A DNA stretch of 64,000 nucleotides from Octopus sinensis (taxonomy: Eukaryota), in assembly GCF_006345805.1 (NCBI RefSeq), contig NW_021830455.1, positions 1,439 through 65,438 on the forward strand. Reading direction: 5' to 3'. Under the pieces are notes generated by a model, which was not told the DNA's origin, did not search any database, and was given only the letters and a program-made list of their open reading frames with translations. Shown piece after piece: positions 1 to 15,560 of this stretch (positions are counted from its first letter, which is position 1; the number at the start of each line of letters is the position of its first letter). The position numbers and the translations under genes are program-made.

Positions 1-44
1 TACGTAAAAACATACATACATACGTACATGAAAATATACATACA

Positions 45-605
45 ATTTACAATGCCATCCGAAAAAATGACTGTTCTGAAATAAACTTAGAAAATTTCTC
101 TGTTATGGAATAAATTCATAAACACCAACTCAAGGAATACTGGTGGAATATTCACATCAAAACCTCTGTCAAATATAAACATAACAGGGTGGATGTTGTT
201 GTTTGGGACAGAGGGGTAAAGATATGTACCATCATAGAGGTCAGCTGCCCTGCAGATATACTTATCTCTTTGAAAATCAAAGAAAAAAGGATATCTATGG
301 ACAACTGCTTCGAAATCTCTAGCTTTTCTATCCAGACTATGAATTCATATTCATACCAATAATAATTGGAACACAAGGTTTTGTTAGTAAATGCTTAAAA
401 GCGAATCTGGATGAATTGGGATTTTCAAAAAGAGAAACTGACCGGTTGATTTGTACATTACAAGTGTAATCTGTGAGTGGAGCAGTAAAAATATGCAAGA
501 CTTTTCTCAAGTTCCAAATGTGAATTTGCCTGTGTTGACTACATCCAAAGAATGGAGCCTTGTATCCTTGTTGGAAACCGGCTTCCCTCCTCAGTGGAAG
601 ATTTA
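45..605 (+). mobile_element. 5'-truncated R4/Dong-type non-LTR retrotransposon remnant (restriction-like endonuclease domain plus 3' UTR)
   Basis: Manual translation of 45-523, with one frameshift and three internal stops: IYNAIRK...KEYWWNIHIKTSVKYKHNRVDVVVWD...CTIIEVSCPAD...KEK/IYGQLLRNL...FIPIIIGTQG...CKTFLKFQM*. This fits the HNRPD..IE..P..K..Y..IPIIIG.LG pattern of RLE-clade C-termini. Both flanks are TACA-type repeats. Confidence 0.85.
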
Positions 606-882
606 TACATGAATACATACACAAAGAGGCAAACACATACGTAGGTAATATACATGAAGTTAGACAACGGGAAGTTGTAGTATATTATAGGCAACAACAT
701 GACACATGTTACGATTTAGATTCTGATATATTTAAGTAAACCAATGATAAACATATTTTCTTTTCTTACAAATCGTTGAGGCATAGATTAAATTCCTACA
801 TCCATCCGTCCATCCATCCAACCATCCATATATACATACATGCATATATATATATATTTATATATCCATCTGTGTATTGTTT

Positions 883-1047
883 TATTTATTCTTTCATTTG
901 TTTCAGTCTTCTGACTGTGGCCATGCTGGAGCAGCACCTTTAATCGAAGAAATCGACCCCAGGACTTATTCGTTGTAAGCCTAGTACTTATTCTATCGGT
1001 CTCTCTTGCTAAACTGCAAAGTTACGGGGACGAAACACAGACACACA

Positions 1048-1079
<32 letters not shown>

Positions 1080-1245
1080 CGACGGGCTTCTTTCCGTTTC
1101 CGTCTACCAAATCCACTCTTATATGCACAAGGCTTTGGTCAGACCGAGGCTATAGTGGAAGACACTTGCTTAAGATGCCACACAGTAGGACTGAACCCGG
1201 GACCATGTGGTTGGTTACCAAGCTACTTACCACACAGCGACTACT
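883..1245 (-). mobile_element. SINE family A (tRNA-derived head, internal TA microsatellite), with a small internal deletion
   Basis: Reverse complement of the element at 41769-42156 and 56003-56417. About 40 bp is lost between two AAACAC repeats. Confidence 0.9.
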
Positions 1246-1710
1246 ATATGTATATATATGTATTATATATTTATATGTGTATATACATGTACATATCCAT
1301 CCATCCATCTATCCATCCATCATCTATCTCTCTATCTCTCTACTCTTTCTATCTATCTATCTCTATCTATTATCTATCTATTTGTCTATCTATCTATCTT
1401 CAACCCCACTTATTTTTATTTCTCTCCTACGATCTTTTATACCTACCCTTCCCTTTTTTTTTTTTTTTTTTTTTAATACCTTCAAAAGAGCTCTTCTATC
1501 TATCTGTGCATCTAATAAAGATCTATTATCTCTCTATCTATATCTATCTATCTATCTTCTATCTATCTATCTATCTATCATCTATATATCTATCTATCAT
1601 TATCGATCTATCTATCTATCTATCTATCTATCTGTCTGTCTGTCTCTCTCTCTCCCTTTCTCTCTCTCTCAGTATCTAGCTAGCTATATGTCCATCCATC
1701 CATCCATCCA

Positions 1711-1750
<40 letters not shown>

Positions 1751-2050
1751 CATCTCTCTCCATCCATCCATCCATCCATCTATCCATCCATGTGTTTAAC
1801 TCCCTCCTTCTTTTTCTGAGTGTATATATATACAATACACATTAAAATTTCTGATGTTAATATGAAAAGGAGCTATGAAAAAAGAGGAAAAAGGAACTAA
1901 ATATATACGTGTGTGTGTGTACGTTGGTGTGAGGGAGTGAGTGATTGAGTGTCTATGCGTTCGGGTGCGCATATATACATGCATGTATCTGTACATATAT
2001 ATATATATATGTGTGTGTGTGAGTATGTGTGTGTGTGTATGTGTGTATTA
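1246..2050. repeat. Compound microsatellite block (TCTA, CCAT, CT, TA, TG)
   Basis: Directly visible tandem repeats. Confidence 0.95.
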
Positions 2051-2399
2051 TACAAAGTGTTTTATCTTTGATATCGTATAGCGCACGAGAACAGCACAAA
2101 TACATCCATTAAATCCCATCCATTAAAATATGTATATATGTATGTATATGTCGTATGTATTGGATTTAATCGCCTGAACAGAAGACTTGTTCTTGTTACT
2201 TTCGAGTTGCCAGGGAGGAGAGATTTTATTACGTAATCTGTAACTAAACAATTATTGAAGCTGACACCGTCTTTCTTTTCTTCTCTTTTCTTTTCTTTCT
2301 TTCGTTCGTTCGCTCTCTTTTCTCTCCCTCCTCTCTTTCTTTCTTTCTTTCTTTCTTTCTCTCTTTCTCTCTTGCTGTATCTTATTCACTGCTTCATTA

Positions 2400-2568
2400 C
2401 TCTACCATCGCCACCATCACATAACTAAGGTACCGTCAGTATCATCAACATCCTCATCATCACCATCGTCTTCATCGAAATCATCATCATCATCATCATC
2501 ATCATCGACTTCAGAAGCAGCAGTGTGATAGTCATCCCCTAATTCCTCCTCCTCCTTCTCCTCCTCTT

Positions 2569-2599
<31 letters not shown>

Positions 2600-3000
2600 A
2601 GTAGCACTGTCTGTACAACCCCCCCCCCCCCACCCCCACCACCACTACCAATGCCACTACTACAACCACCACCACTACCAACACCACCACCATTATCACC
2701 ACTATCTGTATAATCACCAACACCACCACTATCCATCACTGCCACTACTACAACTACCATCGCCATCTTCACAACTGTACAACCACTACCATCACAAACA
2801 CCAACATCACCACAACCACCTCCACCACCATCACCATCACTACCTTTACCACCATATCTGCCACAATCGCTTCATCATCACTGCTACCACACCAGCCTCA
2901 CACAACCACTCCGATCCCAACACCTCTGCTACATTCACCGCCATCACTCCACCACCAACCCAATTCTCCACTAATATTATCAATCACTACTCACTAACTA
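2400..3000. repeat. Degenerate CAT/CAC trinucleotide array
   Basis: Directly visible. Confidence 0.9.
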
Positions 3001-3501
3001 CGCCGATCAGTTACCACAAAACCGTCCAGAAAGCCTTTATTAAATTTTCCTTATCTGCATTTTGAGTTCGAATCCAAGTGGGATCTACTTTGTCGATTTG
3101 TTTTTGAATAGCGAACGCTTTAATCTACTTTCTACACTCTTTAGGTTTGGATGAGACAGATGACACCTCTCACTTGCAAGGCTGTCAACATTTTACAGCA
3201 GAATGAATAAATAAATTGCAGTTAATAACAGACGTTATTGCTCGGAAGCGTTGTAAATTCAGATTTCTTAATGGAAGTTGTATAAGACAATTTATTCTTG
3301 TTTGACTTCTTGGAGATATTCGTTTCGTTAAAATGAAAATAATAAAACAGTTTTAATGATGCTAGTAATGTCAAACTCGTTGCAAATTAGAAATTTTCAA
3401 ATAGCCCAAGACATGGAGAGATAATCTCGCAGCACTGAAGGCAAAAGTAGTCACACATCTGGCGAAGGGAGAAAATCTCAAATCTAGCAAGGGGAGATAA
3501 T

Positions 3502-3630
3502 TTCACATACCGCACGGCAACCCGAAATACGTTCGTAGCACCCACATATATTCATACCACCCACGGTAACCCGACATAACTTCATATCGCCCACGACAAA
3601 CCAACATACGTTTATATTGTCCACGGCATA
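3502..3630. repeat. Diverged ~30-bp minisatellite (about 4 units)
   Basis: Units resemble TTCATAYCRCCCACGGYAACCCGACATAC, e.g. ttcataccacccacggtaacccgacataac and ttcatatcgcccacgacaaaccaacatacg. Confidence 0.65.
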
Positions 3631-3633
3631 GGT

Positions 3634-3738
3634 CCTTTCGAGATCGATAAAATAAATAGTAGTTGTGTACTGGGGCCGATGAAATCAACTTATCCCTTAC
3701 CCCCAAAATGCTGGCCTTGCGCCAATATTTGAAACCAC
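3634..3738 (+). mobile_element. SINE family B 3' fragment
   Basis: tcctttcgagatcgataaaaataa...ctggggccgatgaaatcaact...ggccttgcgccaatatttgaaacc matches the B copies at 47581-49056. Confidence 0.75.
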
Positions 3739-3796
3739 TATTTCGGTTTGTTTAGCAAGCTCTAGGTAACGCAATGTGGTTTTAATTCACGCTTAA

Positions 3797-4317
3797 CCCA
3801 TTAACTACCAAATTCTTTTATTCATAATTTTTGGCTTTGCCAGTTGTCTAAGGAGTTAAAATGATATAGAGTATTTAAAGTTTCTTCATCTGTGAATTAT
3901 TTTCAAAATTATGATAAAATTTTCCAAAATTCTCAAATGGATCATCTCTGAAAGAATGCATACTTATCTTTTTATATTCAATTGCAATAATAAACATTTC
4001 CGATTTTTTGAAACTGTAGTATCAAATGCGAACGTGTAGGAAATATCAATGAATGATATAGATGGGAAATGCAAAAAAAAAAATCATTTTCAAAGCAGTC
4101 AATATTTTTGTTGATCAAAAATTGCGATTTATGACATAAAATGTCCTCTAAAATTACCCAGAGCTAATAATGACAACCTTTAATTAGTAAATATTGTTAA
4201 ACACACCTCTGCAAATGCATTGTACATAAGCAATTCACTTTATTAAATATAACACAAACAACCGGCAGTGAGGCTGTGCTTAGGAGATCCCGAAATAGGG
4301 CTCATGGCGGCAATGGG
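3797..4317. mobile_element. piggyBac-like non-autonomous element (MITE)
   Basis: TTAA at 3793-3796 and 4318-4321 flanks CCCATT...AATGGG termini. The TIR is imperfect (CCCATTAACTACCA vs CCCATTGCCGCCA). Related left ends occur at 10901 and 48545. Confidence 0.65.
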
Positions 4318-5084
4318 TTAATATTTTCTGTTCTTTTGACCAGAGAAAGAAAAATAGGGAGTCATCTTCAGAATCACTGATCCGGTCTGAATGGTTGCAA
4401 CAGATTTACACAAAGTCCCACCGATCTACTCCTACGCAAGAACAGGATTATTCCCTGCAAAAGGCTTCGGCACAGTTTCTTTTAAGTGAATATCACCAAC
4501 AAAACTTTGACTGGCCCGATGCCAAACCCATGCTGTAGTGCAAGAGAACCTCTTAACCACAAATGCTATGTCCTTGAATCTACGCGTGTATTTATTGGAA
4601 CTTTGCATAAAATGGTGAAGACCTTATGAACCCTAAGGCAGCAGGAACAACAAGGAAGCTAATTTACTCCGAAATTACGTCCTACTGTTTTAAAATGACT
4701 TTCGAAAATACAGTTTCATTCTTCTTCCTATCTTACACAAGTCAAAGGTACTCTGAAAGATGACTTTAGCTCTAACTCATCTTCTTCCCTTCTTAAGCCA
4801 CTAAAGCTACATTTATCAGTAAGGTATTTCTCGCTCCTGTTTTCGCTTCGTTACTCAAATCATGAGGGAGTCTTGTGAACTTGTGTTGCCATATGGTATA
4901 TATTTGGTATCTCTGAGCAGATTTGAACACCTACATGCTTGTAGGTATATCATATTGTAGGAAAACATGCTTTTTATCAACACAGCCACGCCATCTCCTA
5001 TTATGGAAGGAGTTCTGTCTATAACGATCCTGTTTCTCACTTTGCTTCCAACCATATTATCCAGTATCACTGTTCTTTATTTAG

Positions 5085-5585
5085 AGCGAGATTTGAGAGG
5101 AATTTGGCTGCTGTTTCTTGAATGTACAGCGATGGAGTATAGGCTTGCTCGATGTCACGTCTTTGATTTTTCTCCCAGATCAACTTGGTTAATCAGATTA
5201 GCCACGATAATCCCAGTGACGCGTCATTGTCCTGTAAAGAACTTAGAGCTGTTATTTCTAGCAGCTAGCTTGTTTCTGCTCAGAGACGGGCTTCCTTATA
5301 AGTGTGCATTGTTCCAATGTATCTATGTTTACTTAAAGGCAATAGGATGTGACTTAAGGGTAAATTTGGCTGTTATTTCTAGAAGATGCAGTGACCGAAT
5401 ATAAGCGTGCTTGCCGTCTTGTCTTAGCTTTTTCGCCCGAAATCATCATAATTAACCAGATCTATAACCGAAGGCATATCAACCACGGTAACCCCACTGA
5501 CGCGGCATTGTCCAGTATGAGGAACATTTAGCTGCTATTTCTAGTTGCTGGCTCGATTCTGCTTGGAGACGGGCTTCCTCATATG
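5085..5585 (+). repeat. Diverged tandem duplication (~265-280 bp period) built on an old dispersed repeat
   Basis: ccacgataatcccagtgacgcgtcattgtcc (5202) vs ccacggtaaccccactgacgcggcattgtcc (5483), and gagacgggcttcct occurs twice. The motif ATTTGGCTGCTATTTCTAG recurs here and, degenerately, near 11920, 41310 (-) and 41530. Confidence 0.75.
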
Positions 5586-5774
5586 GCTCTCTTCAAAGTA
5601 ATGTTAATATCACAACATGTTTATTAATTTCTCTTCTCACCAATGTAATATTTTATTAAACCAGTTTTATTATCATTGTTGATTTTTTTTCCTGTTTAGA
5701 ATAAAAGCAAAAATACAACAAACAAAAAAGAGAAGAAAGAAATTCTCAGTTTCCTGTAAACGATAATGGCTCTT

Positions 5775-7860
<2,086 letters not shown>

Positions 7861-8870
7861 TGGACGTGTTTGTGTGTTTGTGTTTGTTTATCCATACACC
7901 CCCCATACAACACTATTCTGCTCTCAGCAACAATGGAAGACAAGCGAAGGGACATAACCCAAGTGCATATATATTAGACGTGAGACAATTGATAGACAAA
8001 TAAAGATTTCAAAGGATGTGTTTGCTTTTATTAATTAGAATCACTCGGGAGTTGCTACTTCGTTCATCGAGTCTTTGGGTCCATAACCATCATTTTTGGG
8101 ATATGAAAATAAGGATACTGTAAAACATTTAAGGATTTATTAAAAGCATTTCCGATCGTGATAATAATTTCTCAAGAGCGCTGATGACACTCCTTCTTCA
8201 GGTAAATGTTTCGGTCTTTAACATCTTTCACTCGAAAGAGGCTGGACCGTATCTGGGTCATGACTCCTAGGTGTCCTTCTACTGGAACTTTTTAGCCTCT
8301 TTGATATCGGAGCTTTGTGCATTTCAACTGCTTGGAGATTTCGTCAAGTTGTGCCTCCTCTCCGCTGACATAGCTTTCACACATGTACTTGAAGAAGAAA
8401 TAACGTTCGTTGTCATGGTAGCAACGAAATATCAACGCTATTACAATAACTCACTCGGAATCGCTTCCATAAGTGTTTATATACAAAAATATTGCCTTCA
8501 AAATCTATCAACAAATATAGAAGATTTATGTATTTAATGCCTGTCTCCGACTTCCACCGCCTACCTTCCAGTCCTACACTTCTATAACATAAGTACATTT
8601 TATGCGATGACTTGGTAGGCCAAGTAGAGAGTGTAGTCGCTATTGTAGATACCACGGGTGTGAAATGAAATAGTCTGCGCAGTTAATGATTTCCACCTCA
8701 GCTGTTTTAGTGTCGGTAACTGATCTCGAACGCTTTTCGCATTTTCAGCTTTCTTTACGTAGGTTTTAGTTACATAAAGAGAACAAAAACGCTGTAGTTG
8801 ATATTTGAGTGTCAAAGAAAATTGAAATGATTTCAACAACTTGATTAATTTCACAAAATTAATTCATATA

Positions 8871-9579
8871 TTAGGTTGGCAACTAAGTTCGCGCCGTTTT
8901 TTAAAATTTGGGAATCTATTTTTTTCGAGAATTCTATTTTTGAATCATTTTGGAATCTTAGTTAATTTTAGTTAATCTTTGTTTATTTTCAGATCATTAA
9001 AATGGAATGTGAAGTTAAGAAAAACGAACATTTTTAATACCTCCATCTTTTTTCTTTTAATCAAATTTCTAAGGCCGCAAAAGCTGCTAGCGACATTTGC
9101 GCTGTGTATGGAGAGGGTGCCATAGCTGAAAGAACCGCTCGTGATTGGTATGCCAAGTTAAAAAAATGGAAATTTTGACCTCAAAGACGCACCTCGTTCT
9201 GGCCGACCAGTTGAATTAGATGAAGAGCGATTAAACCAACTTTTGCACGAAAATTCTCGTCAAGCGACAAGGGAGAGAAAATGGCAGAGAAAATGGAATG
9301 CTCCCACACTGCTATAGAGAAGCATCTTCACTCGATGGGAAAGGTTCAGAAGTATGGAGCATGGGTTCCGCATGCTTTAAGTGACAACAACAAAAATCAA
9401 CGATCCACAATCACCGCTGGTTTGCTTGCTCGTCACTGCTCAACTCATGGACACAAATAATGATTTCTTTACCGAATCGTTACTGGCGACGAAAAATGGT
9501 GCCTGTACATCAATATGAAGCAGCGTAAGGAATGGCTTAGCCCGGGTAAACAAACGAAACCGCGCGTGAAACAAGATCG
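8871..9579 (+). mobile_element. mariner transposon (mellifera-subfamily-like), 3'-truncated, with pseudogenised transposase from 9002
   Basis: TA followed by left ITR TTAGGTTGGCAACTAAGTT. Translation: MECEVKKNEHF*...ICAVYGEGAIAERTARDWYAK/NGNFDLKDAPRSGRPVE...GAWVPHALS...FLYRIVTGDEKWCLYINMKQRKEW, which includes the WVPHxL and TGDEKW mariner motifs, with stops and frameshifts. Confidence 0.93.
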
Positions 9580-9647
9580 TTGGAAAGAGAAGCTTCATAC
9601 CACACAGCTACGTCATATATATATATATTATATATATATATATATAT

Positions 9648-10085
9648 ACTCTCACGCGACCGGCGGTCAACTAGCCTTTCGGCTTGTGACCACCACCACG
9701 ACAACAACGTTTTCATCGTCTGCCGCAAAGGCATTGTTTTCCAAATAAGCCAGCTAAGCTAAGTTGAACTGTCTATAGTCGTAAGACACCCGCTGTTTTT
9801 GTCCTGTTATTACTATTATTGTTTTTTGTATTTATATTCGTGTGGCATCGTCCGTTTTTCTGTCCTTGTTTCGTATACATTCGATCCTTTTTCCCAAAAA
9901 ATCTAATGCTCGTAGCTTAGTCTTTCCTTGGGGCTGGCCGGATCGGAGCGATCTCAAGATTAATCAGCCGAAATTGCGAGGATGATTCGGTTCTTGACTG
10001 AAGATTAGAGGCTTCGAATGACCCGTCCATTTCTTGTGTCGTCTCTTTGAATGTTTTGCGTTCTTGTCCCATTTTGCATTTTTAT
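9648..10085. mobile_element. Unclassified element inserted between TA and CA tracts (possible Penelope-like pLTR relic)
   Basis: Sharp boundaries at microsatellites and a T-rich composition like the other TA-embedded relics. A GGCTG...CAGCCGAAA stem lies at 9932-9973, but no intact hammerhead core. Confidence 0.4.
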
Positions 10086-10093
10086 ATATTTTT

Positions 10094-10166
<73 letters not shown>

Positions 10167-10210
10167 CACACATATATATATACATACATACATACATACG
10201 TGCATACATA

Positions 10211-10257
<47 letters not shown>

Positions 10258-10614
10258 GCAGCATATTTCTTTGCTGTGACACTCGACTAGGTACCATAAA
10301 GTATGCCGTTGCCAGGCAGATGGAATAAAGTTATGAAGCCTCAGTTGGAATCAAATTTCAAACACAAATAACTTTTCATGGTGATGTTCTATTAATTAGT
10401 TTACCGTCTGGTCCGCAATTTACTATTTGTATGCACCACCACCACCACCACCGCCACTATCATCTTTTAGCTTCCTCCCATCAGCCTCCTCCTCTTCCTT
10501 CTGTTTCCCTTATCAGCACCACATCCCAGCTGTTCAAAGTTGTTCTGTTGACAGCTGATCATCACAAACAAGCTCTCCTTTCCCACCTCTCTCCATTTTC
10601 TTCTTCTTCTTTTT

Positions 10615-10649
<35 letters not shown>

Positions 10650-11107
10650 TTCTGTTCCGCCTCCCATCCTCCTCTTTCTATGGTTTTTGTTTTTTTTTCT
10701 CTGTCCACCCCCCCCCCCTAACCCTTTACTTAGGCGTCATTATACAACAAACAGCCATTAGAACTGTCCCACCCCGATATAAGCAGCTGCAAATGCTTCC
10801 GTCTCAGACCGTCGATTACCAAACATTCAAATCAGCGGCGACGAAAAGGCCGAGTTATAAGTAAAACATCAGCTGCACCATCAATTGTTTTAATTGCAGT
10901 TTATCCGTTTCGTGACCATATTTTTAATGAGATGCGCAGTCGATGACTTGCAATTAATTAAAAAAATATATTATAATCAATATTTGGCGGAGAGGGCGAT
11001 TTTTGTAAGAAAAAATCTAATTTTGTCATTATTAAGCTAATGTTTGGAAGATAATATGTCAAAAGCGTTTTACATTGAATTTTTCAGAGATTGCCTCTGT
11101 TCTTCAT

Positions 11108-11286
11108 CTTTTATCTTTCATTCGTTCCAAATATTAGATAGCGGCCATTGCCTTTTTTGTTTGTTTCTTTGTTTTGTTTTGTTTTGTTTTGTTTTTTTTG
11201 TTAAAGTCTGATACTTATTCTACGAATCTTTTGGAGCGAACCATAAGTTACGGACACGTAAACACACCAACATCGGTTGTCAAGCA
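11108..11286 (-). mobile_element. SINE family A 3' half, degenerate
   Basis: gttacggacacgtaaacacaccaacatcggttgtcaagc matches the family A 3' half. Confidence 0.75.
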
Positions 11287-11301
11287 TACACATAGATCTA
11301 A

Positions 11302-11407
<106 letters not shown>

Positions 11408-11594
11408 TATTCTAAACGAATAGGTACGCTGGGTAAGTGCTATAGTTGCTTGACCACTAGGTTCCAAAATCACAATTAAGGCTGGATCTAGGGCTCCGTG
11501 TTAGGGTTCTGTTTTAGCATTTACATATTTTATTGAAGAAAAAAAATCATAACCAAGGCAGAATGAGAATCTGAATATTCATAACTTGTCTCTG

Positions 11595-11674
11595 CTGACG
11601 CAACTGGTACTTAATTTATCGACCCCGAAACAATGAAAAGCAAAGTCGACCTCGGCGGAATTTGAACTCAGAAC
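11595..11674 (-). mobile_element. SINE family B fragment
   Basis: ctggtacttaatttatcgaccccgaaacaatgaaaagcaaagtcgacctcggcggaatttgaactcagaac. Confidence 0.85.
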
Positions 11675-13493
11675 TCAGAACTTATTGTACAATCTATTTG
11701 CAGAAAGTGATCTTAACCACAATGGAAGCGATACAACCTGGAACAGTCATTTGCTTGCTTGTGATATCATTGTGCATTGCACTAGTTCGGCCTTGAACAT
11801 GTAGAGCAATACTCGAAAGATTTACAGATTTAACAATCCTATCTTTGCTTGGACACAATCTGGACCTACATCATCTGGTATGTCCTCCAATTTTTAAGGT
11901 CACTACGTGTGATTTCAGGTAGATTTAGTTGATATTTCTAGGAAAACGAATAACCACGTAAGGTAACATCGCTTGATCAACCGTTAAAGAGTTCAGAAAG
12001 AGTTTTGCTGAATGTGGTTACTGTGGAGTCAACGAATAAAATCGTACAATAAAATCGTACAACGACGTTTCAGCAGGGGTAAGTGTGTAATAAGATATAG
12101 GAATATTCTATTATGCTGGTTCTAGGAATAATTGCCAACATAGCAGGAGTACCAGGCGGTTGTACTGCAATTTGTGGGGGAGAACAGTATGTAAAGTGTA
12201 CGATATTCAAATACACCTTGTGTTCTCTTGATGGTCGGTGTTAACGCGTTTCAGCGTAGTGTAAAAGCCTTCCAATTGGCCTTTGCCGTCTAAATGACTC
12301 CTGGAATTGAAGGAAATATTATTTACCAGTTTCCCCGCTGAGTTCGACTAGCTGAAAGAGGGAGTGACCTTGAGAATGATCGGGTTTCGGATTAATAACT
12401 GAAAGAAACTGAAGTGTCCCCTATCATCTGTCTCGTATTAGGAAACTACAGTCAACCACCGCCCTTTCATGATTAAGACGTGTACTTCACCTCATAGATA
12501 TGCCTTCTAGCCCACTGCTTACTATTCTGCGTTAAGGTTTTCATGAACGACCAAAGGCCAATTGATGTGAATTCCGCTACCATTGATTGAGACTAACGCC
12601 ATTGGAAAAGGCATGAATGTCTCTAATTCATATCGTATTTCCTGAGATACTTGAAGCTACAGTATTTAATTGCACAAGCAACCATTTCTGTTGTTCTTGA
12701 ACTGATTTGGTAGCAAGAATTAACTCCATGCACAAAAACTGTCTGTTTTGTACTATAGCAGATGAATGTGTATTGATGTGGGGTACGAACGTGCGCTCTC
12801 TCCCACTTTCTGACTGTCTGCCTGTCTCTCTTTCTCCTTCTCTCTCTCCCTCCTTCTCTCTCTCTCTCTATTTGCCTTCCTCCTTTCTCCTCTATACTGC
12901 TAGAAACATATTCATCATTAATTATCCTATTTTCTAATCAGGTTTCAAGTTTGTAAAGAATGCTTTCGCCGTGCGTAGTGCGTTAATTGCCAATTACATG
13001 ATGATATATGAACAGTGGAAATTTGTATAATGTTTAACGAGAACATGCTGACACAGATGTTAACACAATCCCCTTTCATGCGTCGGGCTCTATGTGTATA
13101 TGCGCATAGATATTCGCATACGTCGGTGCAAGGGTGTGTTTGTAGTTGCGTGCTTGTATATATATGTATATGTATGCATGTATGTGTGTCTACGTCTCTG
13201 CTTGTGAGTGGGGTGCTCGTTAGGCCCAAAAGCATTATTGAAGTCTAAATGGAGATTTCGTATTGCTCTGATGTATGAAAGAAAAGTCAGCGTGGTGTAG
13301 TCTCTGCTTCTCTAATCTCTAACCATGTGTGTAATAAAGAAAGAAATATACGAACTGCAAACTAAGGAAACAGGATACAATTTGGAAGGATTTATAATAA
13401 TGTCAAATACCAAATATGAAGGAAAGGGAAGGAAAATTATAAAAAATTGTATATGGCAATGTAAATATATGCATAGCGTTATATTTGCTAATA

Positions 13494-13798
13494 AGAAGTG
13501 CAATGGCCCAGTGGTTAGGGCAGCGGACTCGCGGTCGGGGTATTGCGGTTTCGATTCTCAGACCGGGCATTGTGTGTGTTTATTGAGCGAAGACACCTAA
13601 AGCTCCACGAGGCTCGGGCAGGGGTTGGTGGCGATCCCTGTTGTACTCTTTCGCCCCAACTTTCTCTCACTGTTTCTTCTTGTTTCTTGAGTAACGCTGC
13701 GATGGACTGGCGTCCTGTCCAGCTGCGGGGAACATATATGCCACAGAAACCGGGAATCCGGGCCCATGAGCCTGGCTAGGCTTGAAAAGGGCGCAAAA
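13494..13798 (+). mobile_element. SINE family C, full length (tRNA-like head, V-domain-like segment), with 13-bp TSD
   Basis: A box TGGCCCAGTGG, B box GGTTTCGATTC, and GCGATGGACTGGCGTCCTGTCCAG. TSD ATATTTGCTAATA at 13481-13493 and 13799-13811. Confidence 0.9.
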
Positions 13799-14189
13799 AT
13801 ATTTGCTAATATATTGAAGTCTTAAATTTTATCGACTACCACATACCTCTATTCAATCCGCTGGCTACAAACACTGATCTAAAAGAAGGTCCTCTTATGA
13901 ATCCCGCATTTATTCTTCTGTGCATTAAGGACCTAATTACCATTATTTCTTAAAAGGGACACTCTTACAAAAATTATAATTATTCTTCGGTACAATTTAT
14001 CTGTTTACGCACAGGTGATATTCAAACAATCTAAGCACCCCATACCGAAGTAGCAGAATTCCTTAGAAACTTTGTAGAGTATATATATATATTTGCAATA
14101 TGTGAAGGCGAGTGGCATAGTGGTTAGTGTGTTGAGCACTGGGGTTCATCTACGCATGTAAGACACCAGGAGCTCCAACAAAACCTGTG

Positions 14190-14315
14190 ATAAAGAGATA
14201 TAATGATAATAATAATAATAATAAGAAGAAAAGAACAACAACAACAATAATAATAATAATAATAATAATAACAATAAACAACATCTTTACCACAAGTCCT
14301 CAGCATGGACACTAT

Positions 14316-14376
<61 letters not shown>

Positions 14377-14452
14377 GTCATCATCATCATCATCATCATC
14401 AATATCATCATCATCATCATCATCATCATCGTCATCATCATCATCATCATCG

Positions 14453-14538
<86 letters not shown>

Positions 14539-14540
14539 AT

Positions 14541-14571
<31 letters not shown>

Positions 14572-14890
14572 ACATCAACATCATCATCGTCATCATCATC
14601 ATCAATATCATCATCATCATCAACATCATCATCGTCATTATCATCATCATCATCATCAACATCATCATCGTCATCATCATCATCATCATCGTCATCATCA
14701 TCATCATCATCATTTTCATTAACACCGTCTTCTTCCTCCTTATGGCGTTTGTCGTCACCGTTTAAAAATATCTTCACTCCCACCATCAATACCACGATCA
14801 CCAGCGGCACCATGGACGACACCGATGCCACCCGCACCAGGCCCTGCATAGTCGTCGTCAACAACAAGAACAACAACACAAAGCCATGAC
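14190..14890. repeat. (AAT)n followed by a ~400-bp (CAT)n array
   Basis: Directly visible. Confidence 0.95.
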
Positions 14891-15056
14891 CATCATCTCT
14901 ATAATTACCGCCGACGGCAAGTTCAAAGGAAAATATTGTTTATTTAGTGGAACATAATTAAAATAATGAAATGATGCTGTTTTTCATGCCTAATTAGTGT
15001 ATAGCGGATAAGATATACACACCTATACATCGCAGTGTATATGTCTGATTATATTT

Positions 15057-15192
15057 GCGTGGTTTAGTGCCTAGGTTGATGAGATCGTGAACAAGCGATC
15101 GTGGTTTCGATTCCTGGACGGAGCAGCGCTTTATAGTCTTAAGTAAAACCTTAACTTTCGCTCTGCTACAGTCCACTCAGCTGTAAATAGGA
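15057..15192 (+). mobile_element. SINE family C-related head, degenerate
   Basis: gcgtggtttagtg...gtggtttcgattcctggac...gtccactcagctgtaaat, similar to 28393. Confidence 0.6.
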
Positions 15193-15527
15193 ACCCTACT
15201 ACTAAATAGCCTTTCAAAAAAGGGGGTATATTAGCCTCTTGAGCTAGCCAGCTGTAATTATAGAGATGGGGGTAATGATGTGTTGATGTTGTCGACGGGT
15301 GGGTGGGTGAGTACTTGTTGATATGGTTTGTGTGTGTGTGCATTAAGGTATTTTGTACGAACCCAATAACGTCCATTTAAACTAATCCAAGCTTTGTAAA
15401 CACATTGGATACAATTAAAGAATTAACAGTAATTATAAGTTACCTCAGGAAAAGGATTGACTCTCAGTTTGGTTTGAGAAATGTAACGGATAAAAGAAAT
15501 CCTCGCATATATATATATATATATATA

Positions 15528-15560
<33 letters not shown>

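Noticed and set aside
3502-3630. CRISPR-like array
   Set aside because: These are adjacent diverged tandem units without unique spacers, in a eukaryotic context with no cas genes.
13494-13570. tRNA gene
   Set aside because: A and B boxes are present, but the sequence continues into a SINE body with a TSD. The same applies to the family A and B heads.
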